A DNA stretch of 63,457 bases, the filler included, from Myxococcota bacterium (GTDB taxonomy: Bacteria > Myxococcota_C > UBA6777), in assembly GCA_023150835.1 (NCBI GenBank). It is 3 parts of 3 records of this genome, joined end to end, with 100 filler letters (N's around TTAATTAATTAA, not from the genome) between each part and the next. Parts side by side here need not be neighbours in the genome. Positions count along the whole stretch, not along the records: positions 25,930 to 51,738 come from JAKLKB010000098.1; 2 more parts are not named here. The stretch is one strand, 5' to 3'. Of the stretch, positions 25,930-36,439 are shown piece after piece. How positions within the stretch are numbered: position 1 is the first letter of the stretch; the number at the start of each line of letters is the position of its first letter. The notes under the pieces are model-generated. The model searched no databases, was not told where the DNA came from, and saw only the letters and a program-made list of their open reading frames with translations. A program made the translations under genes and the position numbers.

Positions 25930-27425
25930 AAACCCGTTCCATAGCGGGGATCATAGTTCGGGCCGGGCTGGCAGGTGCGCAAATTGTTTTGGTAGTCGAC
26001 TTGGCCGATCACCCAACAGGCATTTTTTGTCAAGCGCTGTTCGAGGATATAGCGTTCGACGGGCGAAAAGCCGTAGCGCAGATCATCATCGCGGATCATC
26101 ATCTGTGTCCCTTGCCACGGCGCAAACAGAGCTTTGTTGTCCGCGCAGCCCGGAAAGCAGCCAAAGCGCTTGGACTCGTTGCCAAGCGCATCTTCGGGCA
26201 AGACCCAACGCTTGAATTGCGCCCCTTGCCAAGGCGGGCAAGGTTGGTTGGGGTCAGGTGTCGGCCCAAGCGACGGAAGATAACAGTTCGGCGGCTCGCT
26301 ACCGGGCGAAACCGCCGTCGCCGTCGTCCCGGGTGAAGGGTGCGCAAAGTTTCCGATCGTGTGACCGACCTCGTGGATCGCTGTGTACTCCATAAAGACA
26401 TCTGGGTGCGTAAACGGCCACGGACAACCCAATGAATTTTGTTGCGAGCAATCGGGATAACGGCGGGTATTCGGGGGTAATCCATCTTCGCGGTCGGGCA
26501 AGCTATCGTCGCAAAGGCACCGTCCCCCCGGGGCATCCCACGCGCACTGCCCGGGATACTTGGCGATCCATGCGTTGCAGGCCGCTTCGATTCCTGTGCG
26601 CCAACGGCGGATCGAACGGTCGTCATTGCCTGATCCAACGATGCTCATCCAGCCCGTCCACTTGTTGGCATTCCCACCCGCCCAACCCGAATGGTTGGCG
26701 ATCACCACGACGCTATGGGCTTGACAGCGTTTTCCAGCGTCCAACAAGGTCGCGCTGTACCACAAACCTCCTTTGGCTTCCCAGTTGGGTTTGGCTTGCT
26801 CGCCCATCCCCGTCGCGTTGACCCATGCTTCGTAGCAATACGAATGTTGATGCGTGTGATCAAAGCCTGTTTGAAGATCATCATTCCGTATGATAGACCA
26901 TCGCTCTGGAAAAGATTTATAAGGCTCTGTACGAAGAAATCCTTCTGTGATGCGCTGCACAAGATAGTTATAACGATCACGTTCTTTTTGTGGATGAAAG
27001 CCACATGCAACCGTCACAAGGCGAAGGCTTGGGGGTTTTCCTTCGTGAATCGGCGTACAGGCCGAAGAATCGGGATCTTTTACGCAGCGCTTGACATCAA
27101 GAAGCTTGCCCACGTCGTAGCTGCTTGGCAAAGAAAAATGGCGATACCCTGAGGGACATACTGGTGGCTCAGGGATCGGCTCGGGGATCGGCTCAGGGAT
27201 CGGCTCGGGATCGGGTTCGGGGCTTGGTTCGGTCGCCTTTTCCACAACGGCTTCTTCGGAAGGCAGCTCGCTCGTGGGTTCAGGCTCCGAAGGGACCGCG
27301 TCTTGCGCTGTTTCGGGCGTCGGCTCCGAAACAGGTTTGGGATCGCAATGAAACAGCACCGCAGATAGGCAAAAAAAGAGTAAGACAGCAAAAAGATCTG
27401 AGAGCTTGGGATAATATCGTGACAT
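25930..27425 (-). CDS. Putative lipoprotein with M64-like zinc metallopeptidase domain (3' end truncated by gap)
   Basis: Signal peptide ending in Cys, EP-rich linker, FLRTEPY segment, HEVGH zinc motif. Confidence 0.65.
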
Positions 27426-27727
27426 TTGCGCACACTCGTTTTGGGGTTTTCGGGCAAAGCAGCCCCAGTATGGCACGAGGGCGGCAAAAAAACCAACACC
27501 GACCCATCGATGACCTTTTCCGCATCGGAAAGTTCTCATCATAGGAGTGACGTTGTTGGATGCCAACGTTCTTCCCCAAGCCATCGGCCTCTTTTGTGGG
27601 CGCAAAACCCCCGAACAAGGAAGTCGCTTGCTTGTCTCGCACGACTCCGCTACACTACGGTCGCTGCGTAGCACCAAAACGACGCAAACCCAAAGCGTCC
27701 TTCGCTCACAAGAGACGCAAGAGGCCG

Positions 27728-30700
27728 ATGATGTTCACCCCCCCCAAACCCAACGCTCCCAAAAACACCGATGCCCAACAAGCATCGCGTGCCTCCGAGT
27801 CTTTGGGTGTCTCCGAATTTGATAGCCTTGCGGACGAGTTGTCCTCTTTCTCCGAAGGTCTTTTTGAAAGCGAAGACGATCTCAATGCCCTCAACCGCCC
27901 GATGAAGACGGCCTCTCGCTCCGCCTCGCAATCTTCTTTGCCCGCCAACCGCAACACCCGCCCCACCGCAGCTTCCTCCGCTCTCCCCAAACCTCCAATC
28001 GGCCTGCCTTCTCCCCCACCCCTGCCCGCCAAACCCACCCTCTCCAAATCCCCCATTCCTTCTTCAATGGCCTCCAAGCCCCCGCCTCTTCCCGCCCCCT
28101 CCACAAGCTCCACGACCTCTCTTGACCCCTTCTCCGCCCTCCAAAATGACCCCTTCGCCAGCAGCCAAGGGCTAGATGAATCTTTTTTGCCCAAACCCAA
28201 CGCCACTTCCCTTCATTCTTCCGCTCCCATCCCCAAAGACACCATGCAAGTTCTGGCGTTGACACCTCCCCCTCCACCCAAATCCTCCCCCTCTCCGCTG
28301 TTCGGCTCTCACGGCGATCACGACGATCCCGCAGAAACACAACGCGAGATCAAAAAACCCGACTTTGCAAACAAAACGCAACGTCCCGGCCCCAAAGAAG
28401 TCCTCAACAACCCACCCGACGAGTTGTGGCTTCCCGTCGAAGACGAGAAAAAGTCCAGTCGAGCGACCGATCGGGTCTTTACCATTGATGATGTACCCAA
28501 CATGCCATCACGCGGTTCACGACCCCCATCCCGTCCTCCCACTCCACCCATGCCGTTTGGAACGCCTGCTGCGAACGCACACGCAGACACAGGAGACAGC
28601 ACCATGATGTCCCCTCACGCGCTCCAACCCAACGATTTCCGCCCTCCTGCGGCCCATCCCCCCAATCCCTTTTCTTTTCATCAGGACGACGACGCCAACA
28701 ACGTCATGTCCCTTGAATTGCTCGAAGACGACGACGAGGGCGACAGCACCATGATGTCCCCGCATCGCGATCTCGAAGGAGACGATGACGGCGACAGTAC
28801 CATGCTCGCGCCCAACTTGAACAACACAGAAGCCTCTCCCTCCCTCGGTTGGGGGGATCCCAATCCTTGGCAAAGCCCCTCTCATGGCCTCACCGAGTCT
28901 ACCGCACCACAAGACGACTGGTACGGACTGGGAGATGCCCTTCATTCTCCCGAAGAACTCAGCCCTTCTTCTTCTTCCATCGCAGGATTTGCCTCTTCTT
29001 CGCCAAGCGGTGCCTACGCTCAACCTCCACCCTCTCGTAGTGGCGCTTATTCTCAACCCCCGCAGCTTCGCAATGATCCCTACGCTCAACCTCCACCCTC
29101 CCGCAGTGGCGCTTATTCTCAACCCCCGCAGCTTCGCAATGATCCCTACGCTCAGCCTCCGCAGTCTCGCAGCGGTGCCTATCCACAACCACCCGCATTC
29201 TCAGGAAATCCACCCGCGCCATATCCTCCTGCCTACGAAAACAACTCCGTCTATCCACCCGCGCCCTCGTCATTCCAACAACCGTCAGCTCCCTACATCG
29301 CAGCTTCACCTGTGGCCTCTGCCCAGCCTTTCGGCTCCTACGCCCAAAGCGGCGCGTATCCGCAACCAAGTTATCCCCAAGCCGCCTCCAACCCCTTCGC
29401 CCATCCTGCTACACCCAGCGGGGCTTATCCGCAGCCTTCTCTCGATCCGACCCTTGCTCCTGACGGTAGCGGTTCGCACTCTTATCCTCCCCCTCAGTCC
29501 GACGCTGCTGCGGAAAGCTATCGCTCGTATGCTTATCCCGGAGGCCCCTCCAACCCGCTCTCCCAACCTGCGCAGGCTCCCCCGACTTGGCCGCCCCCCG
29601 CTGCTCGCCCCCAACCGCCCGCTCTTCCTGTGGTTGGCCGAGGAGGCGCACACGCACGCGGTGGCGTCCCCATCGCAACATCACGCAGCAGCGCCTCGCT
29701 TGACTCCCTTGAGGCTGTGCAGCCCTCGCGATCCGCACCACCACCGTTTGATCCACGCGAAGCTGAAGCCTTGATCGCCGAAGCCGAGGCCGTCGCCCGC
29801 GTCGGAGCAGGAGCCTCGTACGTCGGCCCTACCCCCAAACCAGAAAAAAAGCGCAGGATGGGGTTGGTTGTTCTTCTTTTGTTGATCCTCGTCACTTTTG
29901 GGACCGTGACAGCGGCTCTTTTCGCATTCCGCTTTTGGGATCGCAAAGAATTTGTCACCAAAGCCCCGCAAAATCGGGCTTCGTGGGCTGACCCCCAAAT
30001 CGTTCGACGCCAAGCCCCCCCTCCCACTCCCATCGTATCGCCCGCACCTGTCGCCGATCCACCCACCCAAACCAACACGCCTTCCGATCCTTCCGTCGGC
30101 TCGACACCATCACAGCCACGCCCTCCCACACCGCCTCGCCCCTCCGCGCCGCCTCCGACCCAAAAACCCGAAGACTCCGACTCCAAAAAGCCCGAAGACT
30201 CCGACTCCAAAAAGCCCGAAGACTCCGACTCCAAAAAGCCCGAAGACTCGGAACCTACTCGTGCGCGCAAAACCGACGACAAAACCGACGACAAAACCGA
30301 CGACAAAACCGACGACAAAACCGACCAAGACACTCCCAAACCGCCTATTTCTCGGGGAAAAGTGACAAAAAAGCAGCCCTCTCGCAAAGTTCCCCCCGTA
30401 CGGCGAAAAACCACCGTCGCGGCAGCAACACCCGAACCCACAACAGCGAGTGGCTTGCGCATCTCGATCCAACCGGCCTGTACTCTTTACGAAAAAGGCC
30501 GATCTTTGGGAAAAACAGACAACCCCATCCTTCTTCAACGCAGTTCGGGCACGTACCAGTTCTTGTGCAAAGAAGAGAAAAAGCTGCTCTTTTACTCGTT
30601 TTCCGTCACGGTGCCTGCAAGCGGGCAAGCCGAGTACACAAAGACCTTGCGCCCCGGGACGCTGTACGTTCATTCTCGCCCGTGGAGCATGGTGTACTCC

Positions 30701-30895
30701 AAACGCTACGGAAAGCTGGGGCGTTCAGGCGGCCCGATTCTGCTTTACGAAGGCACCTACGACCTTCTTCTCTACAAGCGGGGTTCCCTGATCCCGGGTC
30801 CCGGGATGCAACTTCAACAGCGCGTCACCATCCGACCCGGCCAGACAACGCGAACGCCCGCACTTGAATTTCCTGCCCAAGACGACGACGAATAA
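27728..30895 (+). CDS. Pro/Ser-rich single-pass membrane protein with PEGA-like C terminus
   Basis: Long low-complexity region, internal tandem repeats (SGAYxQPP, KPEDSDS, KTDD), one TM helix, beta-rich tail; start uncertain. Confidence 0.7.
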   Translation: MMFTPPKPNAPKNTDAQQASRASESLGVSEFDSLADELSSFSEGLFESEDDLNALNRPMKTASRSASQSSLPANRNTRPTAASSALPKPPIGLPSPPPLPAKPTLSKSPIPSSMASKPPPLPAPSTSSTTSLDPFSALQNDPFASSQGLDESFLPKPNATSLHSSAPIPKDTMQVLALTPPPPPKSSPSPLFGSHGDHDDPAETQREIKKPDFANKTQRPGPKEVLNNPPDELWLPVEDEKKSSRATDRVFTIDDVPNMPSRGSRPPSRPPTPPMPFGTPAANAHADTGDSTMMSPHALQPNDFRPPAAHPPNPFSFHQDDDANNVMSLELLEDDDEGDSTMMSPHRDLEGDDDGDSTMLAPNLNNTEASPSLGWGDPNPWQSPSHGLTESTAPQDDWYGLGDALHSPEELSPSSSSIAGFASSSPSGAYAQPPPSRSGAYSQPPQLRNDPYAQPPPSRSGAYSQPPQLRNDPYAQPPQSRSGAYPQPPAFSGNPPAPYPPAYENNSVYPPAPSSFQQPSAPYIAASPVASAQPFGSYAQSGAYPQPSYPQAASNPFAHPATPSGAYPQPSLDPTLAPDGSGSHSYPPPQSDAAAESYRSYAYPGGPSNPLSQPAQAPPTWPPPAARPQPPALPVVGRGGAHARGGVPIATSRSSASLDSLEAVQPSRSAPPPFDPREAEALIAEAEAVARVGAGASYVGPTPKPEKKRRMGLVVLLLLILVTFGTVTAALFAFRFWDRKEFVTKAPQNRASWADPQIVRRQAPPPTPIVSPAPVADPPTQTNTPSDPSVGSTPSQPRPPTPPRPSAPPPTQKPEDSDSKKPEDSDSKKPEDSDSKKPEDSEPTRARKTDDKTDDKTDDKTDDKTDQDTPKPPISRGKVTKKQPSRKVPPVRRKTTVAAATPEPTTASGLRISIQPACTLYEKGRSLGKTDNPILLQRSSGTYQFLCKEEKKLLFYSFSVTVPASGQAEYTKTLRPGTLYVHSRPWSMVYSKRYGKLGRSGGPILLYEGTYDLLLYKRGSLIPGPGMQLQQRVTIRPGQTTRTPALEFPAQDDDE

Positions 30896-30963
30896 CCCCT
30901 TTCGCGTACCTTGCGGCGCACCCCGCGCATCTTGCGCTTGTGTGCCTTCGATGGAGCAACATC

Positions 30964-32196
30964 ATGGAAGAATTCATCCGCGCTCTGCCCCCTCCTGCCA
31001 AAAAAGCCCTCGAACCCGACGCACCCACCAAGATCAAAAAATTGGCTGCCTCTGGGCGCTTGCCCATGTCGCCCCTTCAACAGATCACCCTACTTTACCT
31101 TTTAAGCTTTGATTCCGATACCGATATCGCCCAAACGGCGGTCCAATCCATCCAAAATCAGCCCGAAAGCACGCTGCTCACCCTGACAAGCCAAGAAGAA
31201 GCACCGCTCGAATTACTCGATTTCTTAGCCCGCCACACCTACCATCTCGACGCCGTCCTTCACGCGCTGATCCTTCACAAAAATACGCCTGATCCGATCC
31301 TCGCTTGGTTGGCTTCGCACATCCAAGGCCCCTCGCTCGATCTGATCGCACTCAACCAACAACGACAACTCCGCCACCCTCCTGTGCTCCTCTCCCTCCT
31401 TCAAAACCCCCACCTCAACGAAGCATTGCGCGCACGCGTCGCCGAATTCGCACTCCGCTCCAAACTCGAAACGGGACTCTCCCAACAACAACTCGCCGCT
31501 CTCCTTGGAAAAGAAGGCGCACAAGAACTTCTTTCCGCTGCACAAGCTGCACAAGCCGCACAAGCCGCAAAAGCCGCTGAAGAAGCCGCAAAAGCCGCAC
31601 AGGCTGCAAAAGAAGCTGCCCTCGCGGCACAAGAAGCCGAAGAGATCGCGTCAGACGAAGTGTTTGAAGACGATGAAGAAGGTGAGATCCCGCTAGAAGA
31701 AGGCCCCTCCCAAGCGGAGATCGATGCAGCGTTTATCCCAGAAGAGTTCGTCAAAGAAACCCCCGGCGAATCCGAAGACAAAGCGCCAGAAAATGTCGTT
31801 CAAAAATTGCTACAGATGACGGTTTCACAAAAGATCAAAGCGGCCTCCAAAGGAAACAAGCAAGTTCGGGGACTTTTGATCAACGAGTCCAACCGCTTGA
31901 TCGCGGCTGCGGTGTTGAAAAACCCCGGCCTGACAGACGGCGAAGTCATCAAGATCGCAGCCAGTCGTTCTGTGAGCGGCGATGTGATCCGACAGATCGC
32001 CACCAACCGCGAATGGATGCGCATCTACCGCGTAAAAGTTGCCCTCGCAAGCAATCCCAAATGCCCGCGTGGCGTGGCTTTGCGCATCCTCCCCACCCTG
32101 CGCAAAAACGATATCCGCGATATCGCTAAAAACAAAGGCATCTCCAGCCAAGTCGCTGGAGCCGCGAACAAACTCTACAAACAAGGACTTGGATGA
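30964..32196 (+). CDS. Conserved hypothetical alpha-helical repeat protein
   Basis: KIKAASKGN..R..LI, AVLKNP, IATNREW..Y.VK.ALASNPKCP pattern; SD ggag. Confidence 0.75.
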   Translation: MEEFIRALPPPAKKALEPDAPTKIKKLAASGRLPMSPLQQITLLYLLSFDSDTDIAQTAVQSIQNQPESTLLTLTSQEEAPLELLDFLARHTYHLDAVLHALILHKNTPDPILAWLASHIQGPSLDLIALNQQRQLRHPPVLLSLLQNPHLNEALRARVAEFALRSKLETGLSQQQLAALLGKEGAQELLSAAQAAQAAQAAKAAEEAAKAAQAAKEAALAAQEAEEIASDEVFEDDEEGEIPLEEGPSQAEIDAAFIPEEFVKETPGESEDKAPENVVQKLLQMTVSQKIKAASKGNKQVRGLLINESNRLIAAAVLKNPGLTDGEVIKIAASRSVSGDVIRQIATNREWMRIYRVKVALASNPKCPRGVALRILPTLRKNDIRDIAKNKGISSQVAGAANKLYKQGLG

Positions 32197-32261
32197 AAAT
32201 CCCCGATGTTTCGGTCTTTTGTGGTGGTGTCTTGCGTCTGTTCTGCGTCTTTTGTTCGGTC

Positions 32262-32376
32262 GTACGAGATCCGCAGCGCCTGTGATCGTAAAGACGTAGG
32301 GGCAGCCCCCTGTGGCTGCCCAATAATCGGGCGTCTACGAATGATGCTTTATGTACACACCGCTCGGATATCGTAT
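32262..32376 (+). repeat. REP-like family A element
   Basis: Core GTAGGGGCAGCCCCCTGTGGCTGCCC at 32296-32321. Confidence 0.82.
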
Positions 32377-32409
32377 CACTCCCGGATATCGTGCAAGCGT
32401 ACACAAACC

Positions 32410-34284
32410 TCAAGAAGCCCGTCGTAGCAGGGGGGGACGTTCGATCCCGAGCAGATCACGGGCCAATTCCAACGCGCCATCCATCGCGTTATCTCCCGTC
32501 AACATTCGAGCGATCTCCTTGATTCTTCCGTGTTGATCGAGCAACGAAACGTAGGATCGCGTGCGCCCTTCGTGGACTTGTTTGCGCACCACAAAGTGCG
32601 CGTCGGCTGCGGCGGCGATCTGCGCGGTGTGGGAGATGCACAAGATCTGGGTTTGTTGGCGCGGATCATCGACGATCTCCCGCAGCTTTTGGCCCACCAA
32701 AGAAGCCGCAGAGCCGGACATCCCCGCATCGATCTCATCAAAGACAAACGTCGATATCTCGGCGGCATCCGCCAACACACGCTTGAGCGCAAGCAGTATC
32801 CGGCTTAATTCTCCACCCGAAGCAACACGGCCTAGCGGTCGCAGCTCTTCGCCCGTGTTGGCGGACAAATAAAAACAGATGCGTTCTCCACCTGTACGGC
32901 TGATCTGCCACGAAGAAAGGGCCTCTTGAGCGGGGGGCGTGAGCGGCTTTTCGTGACGCTGAGCGTCGGCCTCAATGCGTTCGATCATATCGTCCATCCC
33001 TTCGGCATCATGGTAACGTGTCAGCGCGACCCTTTGCGAGGAAGATATCTCCTCGCTCCAAGGACAAGCGATCCCTTCGGCTCCAACGGGGAAAAAGCGC
33101 ACTTCCAAACGAGCATACGGCATCGCAAGACCCTTGAGTTCTTCGGCGACTTGGGACGCCAAGCTCACCGCTGCTTCGCGGCGACACTGGCTCAACGGGA
33201 TGGTCGCTTGCAAGAGGGTTTGCTTACCTTGTTGGATCAATCGCCCCAGTTCTTTGATCCGCTCTTCTTCTCCGCGTAGTGTTTTCAGTTCGTCTTCGAT
33301 GGATTGGAGACGTTGCATCACAGCATCCCACGCCCCGCCATAACGCTCTTGCAGTCGGATGATCTCGTCGAGGCGCTCTTGGATCTCCTCGACGCGCTGT
33401 GGATCGTCGTCTTGTTCGCGCCCATAGTGCTGTAAACTTCGCCCGACTTCTTCGATCACCATCCGCGCTTTGTCCAATTCTTCGGCGAGCGGATCGATCT
33501 CTTCGCTGTCCAACATGGCGAGGTTTTCGACATGACGCTGAATCACCGACAACTGCGAGCAGATCGCATGCTCCCCACCGTACAACATCGCAGCGGCTTT
33601 TTGCGAGAGATGGGTGCGCTTTTCGGCTTCTTGCAGATGTTTTAATTCTTGGTTCAATGCCTCTTCTTCGCCCGGTTGGGGGTCGACTTCGCGGATGGCA
33701 TCGCGTTGGAACAACAAAAAATCCATGCGCTCGGCCCGACTGCTGCGTCGAGCCAGCAGTTCTCGTTGTTCTCGCTGCCGCTCGGCCAGTTGCGCGTATG
33801 CTGACTCCACCGCCTCCCGTCGTTCGAGGGCTTTGGCATAGCGATCCAACAGCAAGAGCTGTTGCTCGCTATCCATCAACGCTGTTTGGTCGTGTTGTCG
33901 TCCATAATCCAGCAACAACGGGGCGATCTGACGCAAGAGAACAACGGGGGCGCTGACGCAGTTGATGTAAGCGCGTGAACGGCCATTTTGTTGCACCACG
34001 CGGCGCAACACCAACGGCTCGTCGGCTGCAAACGCGATCCCCGCCTCGCGCAAAAAAGGTTCGACGCTTTGCCATGCTTCAAAAGAGGCTTCGACCCACG
34101 CTTCTTTGCTCCCCGTCCGTACAAGGTCGCGATCGCTTCGCCCCCCCAGCACCAGCCCCAACGCCGCCAAAAGCATCGACTTTCCCGCACCTGTCTCGCC
34201 TGTCAAAACATTCAGACCCGCATCAAAGCGGATATCCATCGCTTCGATGATCGCCAGATCGCGTATTTTTAATTCCAACAACAT
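32410..34284 (-). CDS. recN: DNA repair protein RecN
   Basis: LTGETGAGKS Walker A, ASGGELSR signature, FDEIDAG, EIARML; SD aggagg. Confidence 0.95.
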   Translation of the reverse strand: MLLELKIRDLAIIEAMDIRFDAGLNVLTGETGAGKSMLLAALGLVLGGRSDRDLVRTGSKEAWVEASFEAWQSVEPFLREAGIAFAADEPLVLRRVVQQNGRSRAYINCVSAPVVLLRQIAPLLLDYGRQHDQTALMDSEQQLLLLDRYAKALERREAVESAYAQLAERQREQRELLARRSSRAERMDFLLFQRDAIREVDPQPGEEEALNQELKHLQEAEKRTHLSQKAAAMLYGGEHAICSQLSVIQRHVENLAMLDSEEIDPLAEELDKARMVIEEVGRSLQHYGREQDDDPQRVEEIQERLDEIIRLQERYGGAWDAVMQRLQSIEDELKTLRGEEERIKELGRLIQQGKQTLLQATIPLSQCRREAAVSLASQVAEELKGLAMPYARLEVRFFPVGAEGIACPWSEEISSSQRVALTRYHDAEGMDDMIERIEADAQRHEKPLTPPAQEALSSWQISRTGGERICFYLSANTGEELRPLGRVASGGELSRILLALKRVLADAAEISTFVFDEIDAGMSGSAASLVGQKLREIVDDPRQQTQILCISHTAQIAAAADAHFVVRKQVHEGRTRSYVSLLDQHGRIKEIARMLTGDNAMDGALELARDLLGIERPPLLRRAS

Positions 34285-34370
34285 CGACGTCTGCCTCCTG
34301 TGCTTTTCGACAACCCACCTCGGCAAGCAGCCTAGCCCAGCCAAGCGCCAGATCGCGTCATCACACAAGA

Positions 34371-34480
34371 TCCAAGAACTCTGCGATCAGAATGTCGGTG
34401 CGATCCGCTGTAGACACCCTGTTCTTGGGCAGCCACAAGAGGCTGCTCCTACATATTTCGATCACACCATCCGCGACATT
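34371..34480 (-). repeat. Degenerate REP-like family A element
   Basis: gtagacaccctgttcttgggcagccacaagaggctgctcctac. Confidence 0.65.
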
Positions 34481-34542
34481 CAAACCACAAACCCCGCACA
34501 AGCAGTTCAAACGCCTTCCGTCAAAGACTTCCGCTCCACCGC

Positions 34543-36258
34543 TCAAGGAGGCACGATACAGCGCCCTCCAACACACACCTGATCTGCCGCACAAACCTGA
34601 CCACATCCCCCGCAATGCGTTGCGTCCGTTTGTGTGTCCACGCACTGACCGTCACAAAATGCACCGATCCCGCAGGTACACACCCCATGCGCGCAGTACG
34701 CTCCCCCCCCACAAATACTCCCGCAACTTCCGCAGTTTTGCGGATCAAAGGCCAGACTTACACAACGACCACCACACGATTCGTACCCTTCCAAACAAGC
34801 GCGGCACTTTCCCCCATAACAATACGGAACCGAAGCACCGCAAATAACCGAACATCCGCCACAATGACTTACATCTCGTTGCAGATCGACGCACCAGCCG
34901 CCGCAATCGGTCAGCCCACTTTGACAGGACAACGTACAATGTCCCGCCGAACACACTTCTCCCGCTTTACACCGCACACCGCAAGCACCGCAATGATCGC
35001 GATCTCGCAGCAGATCCACACACTGTTCTTGGCAGTTCGTCAACCCACTCTGGCAAGACAGCACACACCGACCGAGCGAACAGATATACCCCTCCGAACA
35101 AAGCCGACGACACACCCCACAATGCCCTCGATCCGATTGCAGATCCACGCAATCTCCCGCACAATCCGTCCGACCCTCTCGACAAGAAGACCCGCAACGC
35201 CGATCCGAACACACTTCTCGCAACGCACACGCTCTCCCACACTCCCCACAATGCTCGCGATTCGAGGCCAGATCCACACAACTCCCCCCACAACTCGCCT
35301 GTGTTGCCGGACAAGATATCTCGCACTTTCCGTAGCTACAGACATATCCCGACACACAAGCCCGATGACAAGCACCGCAATGAAAGCGATCATTCACAAG
35401 GTTCGCACACAGGCCAAAGCAATTGGTAAAACCTTCTTGGCAAGAAACGCGACACTCTCCCTCCGCGCAGATCTGCCCGCTCCCACAAGGATGATCGCAC
35501 TTCCCACAATGCGCACGATCTGTTTGTTTATCGACGCACTTCGCGCCGCAAAAGCCCTGTCCATCGGGGCAGGTCGGCCTGCATTTTCCTTCTTCGCAGA
35601 CTTGGCCTGTGCCGCAGGTTTTGCCACACCCCCCGCAGTGCGCGACATCGCGCTCCAGATCCACACACGCCTCCGCGCAAGCCTCTTGACCGTGTGGACA
35701 TCTCCACTGACACCGACCTTGCAGACACATCTGGCCGACTTTGCAAGGGTTGACACAACCACCACAATGAAAAAAAGAGGTCTGGGTATCTACACACTGC
35801 CCGATACAAGCCGTGAAACTCTCTTGACAACTCAGCACACAACGCCCCTTCTCACACACCCATCCCGCCACACACACCTTCCCACACACCCCACAATGCG
35901 AGCGATCCGATTCCAGATCCACACACCGATCTCCACAAGCCACCGTTCCTCCCGCACAAGACAACACACAACGCCCTCCCTCGCAACGTTGGCCTCCAAC
36001 ACAACCTTGCCCACACGCCCCACAATGCCCGACACTCGTTTGCAGATCCACGCAGTCCTTCCCACAAACCACCCATCCCTGCGCACATCCCGACACACAA
36101 AGACCCGCTTGACACAACTTTCCTTCCGCGCATGATCGGCTCGGACACAGCGCCGTCTGTGGCGTTTCACAACCGCTCCACCCGATCCATCCGAAGACCA
36201 CAACCCATACCCCCCACAGCCTCATCCCCCTCAAACTACACCCACAACCTGCCATCAC
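34543..36258 (-). CDS. Cys-rich repeat putative lipoprotein (STIG1-like repeats)
   Basis: About 12 repeats of CVDLxxDxxHCGxCxxxC; signal ending WSGC. Confidence 0.85.
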   Translation of the reverse strand: MMAGCGCSLRGMRLWGVWVVVFGWIGWSGCETPQTALCPSRSCAEGKLCQAGLCVSGCAQGWVVCGKDCVDLQTSVGHCGACGQGCVGGQRCEGGRCVLSCAGGTVACGDRCVDLESDRSHCGVCGKVCVAGWVCEKGRCVLSCQESFTACIGQCVDTQTSFFHCGGCVNPCKVGQMCLQGRCQWRCPHGQEACAEACVDLERDVAHCGGCGKTCGTGQVCEEGKCRPTCPDGQGFCGAKCVDKQTDRAHCGKCDHPCGSGQICAEGECRVSCQEGFTNCFGLCANLVNDRFHCGACHRACVSGYVCSYGKCEISCPATQASCGGSCVDLASNREHCGECGRACALREVCSDRRCGSSCREGRTDCAGDCVDLQSDRGHCGVCRRLCSEGYICSLGRCVLSCQSGLTNCQEQCVDLLRDRDHCGACGVRCKAGEVCSAGHCTLSCQSGLTDCGGWCVDLQRDVSHCGGCSVICGASVPYCYGGKCRACLEGYESCGGRCVSLAFDPQNCGSCGSICGGGAYCAHGVCTCGIGAFCDGQCVDTQTDATHCGGCGQVCAADQVCVGGRCIVPP

Positions 36259-36439
36259 ACGAACCTCCTGCCCAATCTTCCGTTCAACCTATCCCACCGA
36301 ACAAGTCTGCTTTTTAATCGGATTTCTCCCGACGCGCTTTGATCTCGATCAATCTTGCCTTTACGATGCGCTTTTGGCGCGCTATGCTCGCCTTTCGTTG
36401 TGTCCGTTGCGATGCTTTCAAAAAGAAGGAGCGAGTGCT

